A DNA stretch of 64,000 nt. It comes from an uncultured Verrucomicrobiota bacterium (GTDB lineage: Bacteria > Verrucomicrobiota > Verrucomicrobiia > Limisphaerales > JADLHS01). Shown here piece after piece: positions 19,224 through 29,061 of this stretch. Where the stretch lies: positions 1,021 through 65,020 of the forward strand of contig CALAYC010000215.1 in assembly GCA_937894935.1 (NCBI GenBank). Reading direction: 5' to 3'. Positions within the stretch are counted from its first letter, which is position 1. Each line of letters opens with the position of its first letter. The notes under the pieces are model-generated. The model was given only the letters and a program-made list of their open reading frames with translations, was not told where the DNA came from and did no database searches. Made by a program: the position numbers and the translations under genes.

Positions 19224-19421
19224 ACCGTGGTTTCATTGCTGCTCGTCGCGGCGGCGGCGATTGGTTTGCTTTGGGGCCGATTTCGCAAGCGGAAGAAGCA
19301 TTTTCATCGCGATAGTCCCTGCGGTTGTGTGAGCGAGCCTTCGAACCCGCAGCAATCCATTATCTTCCGCGCGCGCAAGGGGGAGCGACCGCAGATTATC
19401 GTGAAGAACAAACCGGGGTGA
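19206..19421 (+). CDS. Small single-TM Cys-containing protein (FeoB-associated Cys-rich membrane protein-like)
   Basis: 71 aa: MNSDWQTVVSLLLVAAAAIGLLWGRFRKRKKHFHRDSPCGC... This is an N-terminal TM, a basic stretch and then a CGC motif. Confidence 0.35.
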   Translation: MNSDWQTVVSLLLVAAAAIGLLWGRFRKRKKHFHRDSPCGCVSEPSNPQQSIIFRARKGERPQIIVKNKPG

Positions 19422-19525
19422 ACCCGAAGTTTGCAGTGATTAATACGGAAATCCTCGGTAAAGCTCGCAAAAAGTCGCGACGAGGCGCTTGCGCGCCTGT
19501 TAGGCGTGAGATAGTGTGACCAAGC

Positions 19526-19951
19526 ATGGCCGTAACTAAAATCAGTTCTTCCACCCAGTTCGTGACCCGCGCTTCTGCCATCAGCGGTCGTGATTCCGCG
19601 GCCAACGGACATTGGGTGCCAAATACTGATGTGTATGCCACGGATTGCGGGTTAGTGGTGAAAGTGGAGCTGGCGGGGATGCGCAGCGAAAATCTGGAAA
19701 TTACCGTAGAAGGCAATCGATTGCGCATCAGTGGCGATCGTCCGGATACCTGTCGTGCGCCCAAAGCGAGTTTTCTCGTGATGGAAATCAACTACGGTCC
19801 GTTCGAGAGCATTCTGGAATTGCCTCACGGTTACGACCTCGGACAGGCCAAAGCTTCTTATCTGAACGGTTTCCTTCGCATCGAAGTTCCGCCCATCGCT
19901 CCCCCGCAAGCGCTCAAGACGACGAAGTTGACCATCTCGGATGGCAAATAA
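19526..19951 (+). CDS. Hsp20/alpha-crystallin small heat-shock protein
   Basis: 141 aa with an alpha-crystallin domain (WVPNTDVY...VVKVELAGM...ITVEGNRLRISG...GFLRIEVP). Confidence 0.9.
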   Translation: MAVTKISSSTQFVTRASAISGRDSAANGHWVPNTDVYATDCGLVVKVELAGMRSENLEITVEGNRLRISGDRPDTCRAPKASFLVMEINYGPFESILELPHGYDLGQAKASYLNGFLRIEVPPIAPPQALKTTKLTISDGK

Positions 19952-20021
19952 GTTTTCTGCGGCTTTGCTTGAATTATTCTTCGGGATGCGGCTCTAATGA
20001 GCGCGGTTCACCAACGCCAAG

Positions 20022-22418
20022 ATGACTCCATCTGACACAGAATTTATCAGCATCATGGGCTCGCCCGGCCGTTCCGAGGAAGCGTCGCGGATCTCGACCC
20101 GTTCGTTGCCCGAAAAGCTGCCGATTCTGGGCCTTTCAGACATCGTGATTTTCCCCGGCGCCATCGCGCCGTTACTGGTTGAAACCAGCTCGAGCATTCA
20201 ACTCATTGATGAAGCGGTGGCGGGCGACCGCTTGATTGGCACGGTTTTGCAAAGGCGCGCCGACGTGCCGGATCCTGCGCCAGAGGATTTATACGACGTT
20301 GGTTGTGTCGTGCGTCTGGCAAAGATGGTCAAGTTTCCCGACAACACCGCGCGCGTGTTGGTGGAAGGTCTCTGGCGCATCAGCATCAAGGAATACACGA
20401 GCACCAGTCCGTATCTCTGTGCGAAGTACGAACTCATGCGCGACGAGAGCGATGATTCCATCGAAGTCTCCGCGATGATGCGAACGGCGCAGACGCAATT
20501 TCAGGAAATCATCAAGTTGTCGCCAGCGCTTTCCGAACAGGTCAAAGTCGCCGCGCTTAACACCGAAGACCCGGGGCACTTCACGGATTTGATTGCTGCC
20601 AATCTCAACTTGTCGTTGGAAGATCGGCAGGCGTTGCTGGAAATTCCGTCGGTCAAAGAGCGATTGACCAAACTGCTGCCGATGCTCAATCGCGAGCACG
20701 AAGTGCTGACGTTGAGTTCCAAGATTCAGACGGACGTCGCAAGTTCCATCGCGAAAACGCAACGCGACTTTTTCCTGCGTGAACAATTGCGCGCCATTCA
20801 ACGCGAACTTGGTGAAGGCGAACCCAATTCGAACGAGATCAAAACGCTGCGCGAAAAAATCGAGCAGACGCCCATGCCGGCGGAAGCGAAAAAAATCGCT
20901 ACGCAGGAATTGGAGCGATTGCAGCAGATTCAACCGGCGGCGGCGGAATATCCAGTGGCGCGTAACTATCTCGATTGGATTCTCAGTCTGCCATGGGAGA
21001 AATCCACGGATGACAAAATCGATCTCGCGGCGGCGGAGAAAATTCTGAATCAGCAACACTTCGGCCTGGAAAAGGTGAAGGATCGCTTGCTGGAATTTCT
21101 CGCGGTCATCAAACGCAAGCGTGTTATCAAAGGGCCGATTCTCTGTCTGGTCGGTCCACCGGGCGTGGGTAAAACGTCGTTGGGGAAGAGTGTCGCGGAT
21201 GCACTCGGTCGTAAATTCGCGCGGATTGCACTCGGGGGTATGCGCGATGAAGCAGAGATTCGCGGTCATCGTCGCACGTACGTCGGCGCGATGCCGGGAC
21301 GGATTTTGCAAACGTTGCGCCGTGTTGAAAGCAACAATCCGGTGATCCTGCTCGATGAGTTGGATAAAATCGGATCGGACTTTCGCGGTGATCCGGCGTC
21401 GGCGTTGCTCGAAGTCCTTGATCCGGCGCAGAACAATACGTTTACGGATCACTATCTCGACATGCCGTTCGATTTATCGCGCGTGTTGTTCATCGCGACG
21501 GCGAACTGGCTTGAGCCGATTCACCCGGCGCTGCGTGACCGTCTTGAAGTGATTGAACTGCCGAGCTACACGGAATCCGAGAAGCTGCAAATTGCGAAAC
21601 GATATCTCGTGCCGCGGCAGTTGGAAGAACACGGGCTGACGAAGAAAGAATTTTCGCTGCCGGATGCGACGTTGCGACGGTTGATTCAGGATTACACGCG
21701 CGAAGCCGGTGTGCGGCAATTGGAACGTCAAATCGCCGCTTTAGCTCGAAAAGCTGCGCGCAAACTGGTCAGCAAGAACGGTCACGCCGCACGAATCAAA
21801 CTCGATCCGAATGCGCTCAAAGCGGAGTTGGGTCATGCGCCGTTCGTGCACGAGACGGCGGAGAAGATTAAGGAGTTCGGGATTGCTACCGGTCTCGCGT
21901 GGACGCCAGTGGGCGGCGAAGTGTTGTTTATCGAAGTGACGCGGATGCCGGGTAAAGGCGGATTTTTACTTACGGGTTCGCTCGGCGATGTGATGAAGGA
22001 AAGCGCGCAAACGGCGTTCAGTTATTTGCGCAGTCAGGCGGACAAGTTGGGATTGGATTTCAGCGACGCAACGAAGCAGGACATTCACATTCACGTGCCG
22101 GCAGGCGCGACGCCGAAGGACGGTCCGAGCGCGGGGGTGGCAATTGTCGCCGCGCTGGCCTCGTTGTTGGCGCAACGTCGAGTGCGTTCCGATACCGCGA
22201 TGACAGGCGAAATCAGTTTGCGCGGTCGCGTGCTGCGAGTCGGGGGAGTGAAGGAAAAGGTGTTGGCCGCCGTCCGATTCGGTGTGAAGCACGTAATTCT
22301 GCCCGAGCAAAACAAACCGGACTGGGAAGAAGTGCCCGCCGAAGTGCGTGGTAAAATAAAAGCTCACTTCGTCAGTCAGATTTCGGAAGTCGTCAAACTC
22401 GCATTGGAGCCGAAATGA
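20022..22418 (+). CDS. lon: ATP-dependent Lon protease
   Basis: 798 aa. It has a LON N-domain, AAA+ Walker A GPPGVGKTS and a proteolytic PKDGPSAG serine site. Confidence 0.95.
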   Translation: MTPSDTEFISIMGSPGRSEEASRISTRSLPEKLPILGLSDIVIFPGAIAPLLVETSSSIQLIDEAVAGDRLIGTVLQRRADVPDPAPEDLYDVGCVVRLAKMVKFPDNTARVLVEGLWRISIKEYTSTSPYLCAKYELMRDESDDSIEVSAMMRTAQTQFQEIIKLSPALSEQVKVAALNTEDPGHFTDLIAANLNLSLEDRQALLEIPSVKERLTKLLPMLNREHEVLTLSSKIQTDVASSIAKTQRDFFLREQLRAIQRELGEGEPNSNEIKTLREKIEQTPMPAEAKKIATQELERLQQIQPAAAEYPVARNYLDWILSLPWEKSTDDKIDLAAAEKILNQQHFGLEKVKDRLLEFLAVIKRKRVIKGPILCLVGPPGVGKTSLGKSVADALGRKFARIALGGMRDEAEIRGHRRTYVGAMPGRILQTLRRVESNNPVILLDELDKIGSDFRGDPASALLEVLDPAQNNTFTDHYLDMPFDLSRVLFIATANWLEPIHPALRDRLEVIELPSYTESEKLQIAKRYLVPRQLEEHGLTKKEFSLPDATLRRLIQDYTREAGVRQLERQIAALARKAARKLVSKNGHAARIKLDPNALKAELGHAPFVHETAEKIKEFGIATGLAWTPVGGEVLFIEVTRMPGKGGFLLTGSLGDVMKESAQTAFSYLRSQADKLGLDFSDATKQDIHIHVPAGATPKDGPSAGVAIVAALASLLAQRRVRSDTAMTGEISLRGRVLRVGGVKEKVLAAVRFGVKHVILPEQNKPDWEEVPAEVRGKIKAHFVSQISEVVKLALEPK

Positions 22419-23137
22419 TGGTGCGCGCAGTCATCGCGGCATTGCTGGTGATGGTGGCAGCGACGGATAACTTCGCCGCAACCACTTCCACAAACGATCC
22501 GATCAAAGCCGCTGCGGCAGGGCGCGAACTGGCGGAACAAATGCGGTCGCTTCGACCGGAATCGAGCTTCACCAACACCGGCACATTGTTTATTCGCGCG
22601 TCGCGACGGGCGAAATGGCAGGTCAGTTACACCTGTCGCGTTCACGTTACGGAAACAAACTGGACAAGTTATTACTCAGCGATGCGCGATGGGAAACAGT
22701 TGCCGGGATTTTCGGTCGAACATCGTGTGGGTGAACGGAACGTTTATCGGGATGACGCGGGGAATATTTTGACGGAGACGCAGATTAACGCGCCGTTTGC
22801 CGGTTCAGATTTCTGGTTGATGGATCTGGGACTTGAATTTTTTTACTGGCCGGAACAACGCGTGTTGAAGTGGGAGATGAAACGCAGTTTCGGTTGTCGC
22901 GTGTTGGAAAGTCGTAATCCCAATCCAGCGGCTGACGGTTATTCTCGCGTGCTGACGTGGATTCACGAGAAAACCGGCGCAATCATTCAGGCGGAAGCTT
23001 ACGATGTGCGCGGCAAGCTGTGGAAAGAATTTCGCCCGACAGAAGTAGAGAAAGTCAATGGCCAACATGAGTTGAAGGAAATGGAGATTGAAAATGTCCG
23101 AACCCGTTCTTCGACCCGGTTGGAATTCAATCTCTGA
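22415..23137 (+). CDS. Outer-membrane lipoprotein-sorting (LolA-like) domain protein
   Basis: It has a signal peptide and a FAGSDFWLMDL motif resembling the LolA_like F-G-[ST]-D-F-x-x-E-D-L motif. It has an ATGATG overlap with the lon stop. Confidence 0.55.
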   Translation: MMVRAVIAALLVMVAATDNFAATTSTNDPIKAAAAGRELAEQMRSLRPESSFTNTGTLFIRASRRAKWQVSYTCRVHVTETNWTSYYSAMRDGKQLPGFSVEHRVGERNVYRDDAGNILTETQINAPFAGSDFWLMDLGLEFFYWPEQRVLKWEMKRSFGCRVLESRNPNPAADGYSRVLTWIHEKTGAIIQAEAYDVRGKLWKEFRPTEVEKVNGQHELKEMEIENVRTRSSTRLEFNL

Positions 23138-23209
23138 TTCATTTTATCACCGCACCAAATCAATGACTCGCGATTGCGTGCGCGCGGTCGGATCGCTACT
23201 CTGGCGCGC

Positions 23210-24106
23210 ATGAACACCACATCGCGTTTTGCGGTCCGCCGGATTTCTCTGTTGCTTTCATGCGCTTGTCTTTTCGGCGCATTACTGTTGAGCGGTTGCA
23301 CCAGTTCTTCTGCTTCGGCCAAAAATCCGAAGCGCGTCTTGGTTGTGACGACTACCACAGGCTTCCGGCACAGCTCGATTGAAACCGCAGAAAAAGTCAT
23401 CGGCGAGCTGGCGGCGCGAAGCGGTGCGTTCACTGTTGATTATGCTCGTGTGAATAACAACGCACCGGAGTATCGCGGCGCGGACGGCAAACCGGACAAA
23501 TCGAAATACGCGCCGGCGATTAAAGCGGTGCTTGCCGAGAAAATGAATCCGGTGGCGTTACAAAATTATGACGCGGTGATTTTTGCCAACACCACCGGCG
23601 ACCTTCCGATTCCTGATCCGCAAGCGTTTTTGGATTGGATCAAGGCGGGCAAGGGATTCGTTGGAATGCACTCTGCCACGGATACATTTCACGGATTTCC
23701 GCCGTTTATTGAAATGATTGGCGGCGAATTTCTCACGCACGGTCCACAGGTTTCCGTGGACATCATCAATCAGGATAAAGAATGCGCGGCCTGTCAGCAT
23801 TTGCCAGGCACGTGGACGGTGTTCGATGAGATTTACATTTTTAAGAATTTTGACCGCGCGAAGGTCCACGGTTTGTTGACACTGGATAAGCATCCGAACA
23901 ACAAAACGCCCGGCGATTATCCGATTGCGTGGAAAAAGAATTACGGCAAAGGTCGCGTTTTCTACACGTCACTCGGTCATCGTCAGGATGTCTGGGAGCC
24001 GAACAGTCCGCAGCAATCCGGTGGAATCAAGAACGCACCGGAAGTTGCGGAGGCGTATCAAGCACATATCCTCGGCGGCATCAGATGGGTGCTCGGTTTG
24101 AAGTAG
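23210..24106 (+). CDS. ThuA-domain (trehalose-utilisation-like) protein, lipoprotein-type signal
   Basis: It has a leader LLLSGCTS and then VLVVTTTTGFRHSSI...GFVGMHSATDTF...FYTSLGH, the ThuA hallmark motifs. Confidence 0.8.
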   Translation: MNTTSRFAVRRISLLLSCACLFGALLLSGCTSSSASAKNPKRVLVVTTTTGFRHSSIETAEKVIGELAARSGAFTVDYARVNNNAPEYRGADGKPDKSKYAPAIKAVLAEKMNPVALQNYDAVIFANTTGDLPIPDPQAFLDWIKAGKGFVGMHSATDTFHGFPPFIEMIGGEFLTHGPQVSVDIINQDKECAACQHLPGTWTVFDEIYIFKNFDRAKVHGLLTLDKHPNNKTPGDYPIAWKKNYGKGRVFYTSLGHRQDVWEPNSPQQSGGIKNAPEVAEAYQAHILGGIRWVLGLK

Positions 24107-24199
24107 TGAGGCGTGATGGCCGAGCTGGTTCGCGGGAGATAATTTGCTCCGAGACTTCGAGATTGAAACGGAGCGCTTGAAAGCGGATTATTTTTGCGC

Positions 24200-25579
24200 A
24201 TGAGCCAACCAGACCAATCGTTCGACTTCAATCGCCGCAATTTTCTCAAGGGCAGTTCGCTGGCGGCGTTGATGACGATGATGGGCGGTGTGGAACTGAT
24301 TTCGCCCGCGCAGTCGAGCGACGCGGCTTCGTCAGCGTTGCGAAAACCGAAGGTCAAAGTGGCGGTTATCGGTTTAGGTCCGTGGGGACGTGAAATTCTC
24401 GATCAACTCGGCCGCCTGGAACAGGCGGACATCGCGGCGATTTGCGATAACTATCCGGCCATGTTGCGTCGCAGCGCGAGCAAAGCGCCGGACGCGGTGC
24501 AGACGGAAAATTACGAGGAGATTCTGGCGAACAAAGATATCAAAGCAGTCATCGTCGCGACGGGTTCGCATCAGCACAAAGACATTGTTCTCGCAGCGTT
24601 GCGTGCGGGGAAACACGTGTATTGCGAAGCGCCGCTCGCGCATACGATTGAAGAGGCGCGGGAAATTGCTTTGGCCGCAAAGGCGAATTCTGCGGTGGTG
24701 TTTCAACCGGGATTGCAAATGCGTTGCGATCCGCATCGTCGTTTTCTCCTGCCGTTTATCCGTTCCGGCGCGCTGGGTAAACCGATTATGGCGCGGGCGC
24801 AGTGGCACAAGAAACAGAGTTGGCGTCAGGCGTCGCCTAATTCAGACCGCGAACGAGCGGTCAACTGGCGTTTGCAGCAAAATACGTCGCCGGGATTGAT
24901 TGGCGAAATCGGCATTCACGCGTTGGATCAGGCCGCCTGGATGTTCAACGTCATGCCGACGGCGGTAACCGGATTCAGTTCAACCATCGTGTGGAATGAT
25001 GGTCGGGATGTGCCGGATACCGTGGAAGCGTTACTCGATTTCCCGGAAGGCGTGCGGATGAATTATCACGCGTCGCTCGGCACATCGTTTGATGAGGAGT
25101 ATGAGTTGCTCTACGGCGCGGAAGCCACGGTGATGATGCGCGATGGCAAGGCGTGGATGTTCAAGGAAGTGGATGCGGCGTTGCTGGGCTGGGAGGTTTA
25201 TGCGCGTAAGGACAATTTTTACAAAGAAACGGGCATTGCACTCGTAGTCGATGGCTCGAAACAGCGTAATCTCTCGGAAGCAACAACGGACGATCCTGGT
25301 AATGCGTTACCGCAGCTTTATTACGCGCTGGAAGCGTTTTTGGGCAATTGCCATGAGATCAGCACGGAAGTGGACGAGTTTCGGGCGACGTACGGGGAAG
25401 ATAACGAAGAGGCGTTGGCGGAGCATCTGGCTGGTGTCGTGCAAGCTCGCGAAGCAAAACGGCAAGCGCCAGGTTATCTGGAAGGTTATGTGGCGACCGC
25501 ACTCGCTTTAAAAGTGAATGAAGCAGTTACGAGTGGAAAACGTCTAGAGTTACGAAAAGAATGGTTTGAATTGACTTGA
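24200..25579 (+). CDS. Gfo/Idh/MocA-family oxidoreductase with TAT signal
   Basis: It has a TAT signal (NRRNFLKGSSLAAL), a Rossmann motif VAVIGLGPWG and CEAPLA. Confidence 0.85.
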   Translation: MSQPDQSFDFNRRNFLKGSSLAALMTMMGGVELISPAQSSDAASSALRKPKVKVAVIGLGPWGREILDQLGRLEQADIAAICDNYPAMLRRSASKAPDAVQTENYEEILANKDIKAVIVATGSHQHKDIVLAALRAGKHVYCEAPLAHTIEEAREIALAAKANSAVVFQPGLQMRCDPHRRFLLPFIRSGALGKPIMARAQWHKKQSWRQASPNSDRERAVNWRLQQNTSPGLIGEIGIHALDQAAWMFNVMPTAVTGFSSTIVWNDGRDVPDTVEALLDFPEGVRMNYHASLGTSFDEEYELLYGAEATVMMRDGKAWMFKEVDAALLGWEVYARKDNFYKETGIALVVDGSKQRNLSEATTDDPGNALPQLYYALEAFLGNCHEISTEVDEFRATYGEDNEEALAEHLAGVVQAREAKRQAPGYLEGYVATALALKVNEAVTSGKRLELRKEWFELT

Positions 25580-25608
25580 AGCAATACCGTCCAAAGACCG
25601 GGAAATTT

Positions 25609-26256
25609 ATGAAAACAATGCACACTCAATACACGAATCGAATCCTTCTGGCGTTGATGGCGACGGGATTGCTCGCAATCTCTGCGTCGGCGCAAACCGT
25701 TCGTTTCAATTCGCAACCGAAGGGAAATAAAGTTGTGGTGAGCGGAGATTCAAGCATTCACAAATGGACCATGGAGAGCGGCATCATTGGCGGCACGATG
25801 GAAGTGGATGCAAATTTCCCTGAATCCGCTTTGACCAATCCGGAAGCGGCCAAACCGACGGTCAATGTCTATGTGCCCATCCGCACGTTGAAGAGCGGGA
25901 AAGCGACGATGGATGAGAGAATGGAGGAGACGATGACGGCTTCGAAATTCCCTCGCGTTGAATACAAGCTGATCGAACTCAAACCAAAATCGAAGGCTGG
26001 CGCTACCGGTGCGTTGGAATTTGACGCTGTCGGTGCGCTGACGATTGTGGGAAAAACCGTTACGAACACGATGCCGGTAACAATCGAGAAGAAAGATGGT
26101 AAGCTCAAAGTAGTGGGTAGCACTCCGATTAAGCTGACCCAATTCGAAATCAAACCTCCGGTCATCTCATTGCCATTGTTGCCTGACATCAGTGTTTATG
26201 ACGACCTGAAGATCGATTTCGAATGGAATTTGGCTCCGCGGCCCGAAAAGAAATAA
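25609..26256 (+). CDS. YceI-like periplasmic protein
   Basis: It has a signal peptide (LLAISASAQ) and a YceI-type beta-barrel pattern (HKWTMES...GALTIVGKT). Confidence 0.75.
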   Translation: MKTMHTQYTNRILLALMATGLLAISASAQTVRFNSQPKGNKVVVSGDSSIHKWTMESGIIGGTMEVDANFPESALTNPEAAKPTVNVYVPIRTLKSGKATMDERMEETMTASKFPRVEYKLIELKPKSKAGATGALEFDAVGALTIVGKTVTNTMPVTIEKKDGKLKVVGSTPIKLTQFEIKPPVISLPLLPDISVYDDLKIDFEWNLAPRPEKK

Positions 26257-26277
26257 AAACGAAATCACCGATTTTTC

Positions 26278-26313
26278 AACGGCTGTCGTTTTTTGCGGCA
26301 GCCGTTTTTCTTT
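26278..26313 (+). terminator. Rho-independent terminator after the YceI-like gene
   Basis: The stem aacggctgtcg / cggcagccgtt (11 bp, one G-U pair) has a ttttttg loop and is followed by a T-run. Confidence 0.65.
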
Positions 26314-26316
26314 GCC

Positions 26317-27180
26317 TCAATCAGTAGAAGTCGAGCGGCCGTGCACTTCGCGCGATAGTTGTTCCAATCGCTGTCGTTCTCGTGTGCTCAGACTGTGAAT
26401 GCCGTTGCTGGCAGCTTTATCGAGCAACCGGTCAATCTCTGCCAGCTTTTCATTGCGACGACGATTTTCCGCGTAGCGTTTGGCGCGATCACCACCGAGT
26501 CCCACATCGTAACTCTCTGTTCGTGCGGTCAACCCTTGCAGAGGTTTTGTGATCAGCAGGAACAGGATGATTAGCGATAGCAGCAGAACGGTGACAAACA
26601 TTCCTGGCGATGCCAGCACGATTTGCGGATAAAGCACTGTCGTGACGAGCAGCCCGACAATTGCTCCACCGAGATGCGCATCATGGCCGACGTTGCCGAT
26701 TCCTTTTCGATGGCCGTAGAACGACGCGAGGAGAAATAGAATCGCGTAAAGAAAAGTGGGAATCGGAATGATGAACATGTGCAGGATCGTGCCGTTCGGG
26801 AAAAGGAAGAGCGAAGCGAAGATGACGCCGCAAACACCGCCGGATGCGCCCAAGGCACGATATTGATGATGGCGGTGAATTATCAGTGACAATAATGAGC
26901 CGCCGAGAATGGCGGAGAAATGAATGAGCAGTAAAGTGCCCCAGCCGTAAGCCCATTCGATGTTGCGCCCAAAGAAAAAGAAGCTGAACACGTTGACGCC
27001 AAAATGAAACCAGTCGCCATGAATGAATCCTGACGTCAGCAGCCGGTCATATTGTTTGCCGGTAAGAATTTCTTCCGGTTTAAACATCCAACGCTCCAAC
27101 AGATCGCGACGTCGAAAAGCGATCCATGTCATCACTCCGGTAACGAGCAGGACCGCAGTTGTGATCGGAGGGAAATTCAT
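26317..27180 (-). CDS. Rhomboid-family intramembrane serine protease with a basic coiled C-terminal tail
   Basis: It has the catalytic GASGGVCG, the HLGGAIVGLL histidine helix and 6 TM helices. The start is trimmed to MNFPPI (27180) to avoid overlapping the ilvN start region. Confidence 0.8.
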   Translation of the reverse strand: MNFPPITTAVLLVTGVMTWIAFRRRDLLERWMFKPEEILTGKQYDRLLTSGFIHGDWFHFGVNVFSFFFFGRNIEWAYGWGTLLLIHFSAILGGSLLSLIIHRHHQYRALGASGGVCGVIFASLFLFPNGTILHMFIIPIPTFLYAILFLLASFYGHRKGIGNVGHDAHLGGAIVGLLVTTVLYPQIVLASPGMFVTVLLLSLIILFLLITKPLQGLTARTESYDVGLGGDRAKRYAENRRRNEKLAEIDRLLDKAASNGIHSLSTRERQRLEQLSREVHGRSTSTD

Positions 27181-27370
27181 ACCGTCTGCGGCGTGATAAT
27201 TTGCCGAAGCCAAGTCAGGCGGCAAGCCTGGTTCGCTGGCGAGAGCGACAAGGTGTATCTCATCGGAACAACGCGTCGCCGGGCTTGCGACAACAATCGG
27301 CGTTATTTTTGCAGATTGACCGGGTTTTGCACGCTGGCTACCCTCCGCCTCCCTGTAGAAACAGGGCTTT

Positions 27371-27844
27371 ATGCGACACACCATTTCCATTTTGGTTGAG
27401 AACCGATTCGGCGTGCTGACCCGCGTGGCCGGGTTGTTCAGCGGCCGTGGTTACAACATCGAATCTCTGAATGTCGCGCCGACGCACGACAAAACCGCTT
27501 CGCGCATGACCGTAGTAACTCAAGGCGACGAAGCCACGTTGGAGCAGATCGTCAAGCAGTTAAATAAATTGCCCGACGTGCTCAAGGTGCAGGATTTTCG
27601 CGATGGCGAGTATGTCGATCGCGAACTCGTGCTCGTGAAGGTGAAGGTGGATTCCAAGGCCCGCGCTGAAGTGATGCAAATTAGCGATATCTTCCGCGCC
27701 AAGATCGTGGACGTGCAGCCCAAGACGTTGACGATTGAAATCACCGGCGACGAAAGCAAGGTCGAGAAGTTCATCAGTCTGATGGACAATTTCGGCATCA
27801 TCGAATTGACCCGCACCGGCAAAGCCGCGATGCCGCGTAAGTAA
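27371..27844 (+). CDS. ilvN: Acetolactate synthase small (regulatory) subunit
   Basis: 157 aa with an ACT domain, [31 protein letters not shown]. Confidence 0.9.
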   Translation: MRHTISILVENRFGVLTRVAGLFSGRGYNIESLNVAPTHDKTASRMTVVTQGDEATLEQIVKQLNKLPDVLKVQDFRDGEYVDRELVLVKVKVDSKARAEVMQISDIFRAKIVDVQPKTLTIEITGDESKVEKFISLMDNFGIIELTRTGKAAMPRK

Positions 27845-27864
27845 ATAAACCCGCAACTGAATTT

Positions 27865-28887
27865 ATGGCAAAAGTCTATACCGACAAAGACGCCGATCTC
27901 GGCGTGTTGAAAAAGAAAACCCTCGCCGTGCTCGGCTTCGGCTCGCAAGGCCACGCCCACGCGCTCAACCTCAAAGACAGCGGCCTCAAGGTCATCATTG
28001 GCCTGTATGAAGGCAGCAAGTCGATTCCGGTCGCGAAGGAAAAAGGTTTTGAAGTTGTCAGCACCGCTGAAGCGGTCAAGCGCGCCGACGTGATCATGGT
28101 CGCGCTGCCTGACACCAAACAACCTGCTTGTTACAAAAAGGACATCGAGCCGAATCTCACCAAAGGCAAGACGCTCGTGTTCAGCCACGGTTTTTCGATT
28201 CATTTCAAGACCATTGTTCCGCCGAAAAACGTGAACGTGATCATGGTCGCGCCGAAGGGTCCGGGGCACACCGTTCGTCGTCAATATGTCGAAGGCAAAG
28301 GCGTGCCGAGCCTGATCGCCGTTTATCAGAATCCCGGTAAAGACGCGAAGAAGATTGCGCTTGCCTGGGCCAAAGGCATCGGCGGCACTCGTGCTGGCGT
28401 CATCGAAACCAACTTCAGGGAAGAAACCGAAACTGATTTGTTCGGCGAACAAACAGTGCTTTGCGGGGGCGCAAGCGCGCTGGTGCAAGCCGGTTTCGAA
28501 ACGCTCGTTGAGGCGGGTTACTCGCCGGAGATGGCGTATTTCGAGTGCTTGCATGAACTGAAATTGATCGTGGATTTGATGAACGAATCCGGCATCAGCG
28601 GCATGCGCTTCTCGATTTCTGAAACTGCCAAGTGGGGCGACATCACAGTCGGTCCGAAGATTATCGACGCGAGCGTGAAGAAACGCATGAAGGCGGCGTT
28701 GAAAGACATCCAATCCGGTAAGTTCGCCAAGGAATGGGTCAAGGAATACCAATCCGGTTACAAGCGCTACAACGCGCTGCTCAAGAAGGGTGAACAACAT
28801 CCGATTGAGAAGACCGGTGCGAAACTCCGCGCGCTCATGCCGTGGATGGGCAAGAAGAACATCAAAGGCGCGCAAGCGGCTTACTGA
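27865..28887 (+). CDS. ilvC: Ketol-acid reductoisomerase
   Basis: 340 aa with [18 protein letters not shown] and [11 protein letters not shown] motifs. Confidence 0.95.
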   Translation: MAKVYTDKDADLGVLKKKTLAVLGFGSQGHAHALNLKDSGLKVIIGLYEGSKSIPVAKEKGFEVVSTAEAVKRADVIMVALPDTKQPACYKKDIEPNLTKGKTLVFSHGFSIHFKTIVPPKNVNVIMVAPKGPGHTVRRQYVEGKGVPSLIAVYQNPGKDAKKIALAWAKGIGGTRAGVIETNFREETETDLFGEQTVLCGGASALVQAGFETLVEAGYSPEMAYFECLHELKLIVDLMNESGISGMRFSISETAKWGDITVGPKIIDASVKKRMKAALKDIQSGKFAKEWVKEYQSGYKRYNALLKKGEQHPIEKTGAKLRALMPWMGKKNIKGAQAAY

Positions 28888-28905
28888 TGAGTCAGATTCT
28901 CCAGC

Positions 28906-28942
28906 GCCGTCGCAGTGAAAACTGCGGCGGCTTTTTTGTTTT
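28906..28942 (+). terminator. Rho-independent terminator after ilvC
   Basis: The stem gccgtcgcag / ctgcggcggc is followed by ttttttgtttt. Confidence 0.7.
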
Positions 28943-29061
28943 GGGCACGCAGCAGAGTTAGGCTGGAAAGCACTCTTTCAATGTACGGAATTCCGAAAGC
29001 GCTGTCATCGCCGCGCTTTGCCGGGCGCAGTCCAAGATGTTTCGGTGCGTTGCTGAAGTTT

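Noticed and set aside
19422-19525. Heat-shock promoter (sigma-32 CTTGAAA/CCCCAT) or ROSE-like thermosensor upstream of hsp20, and a shared hsp20-lon regulatory element.
   Set aside because: I could not find convincing matches to either consensus by eye.
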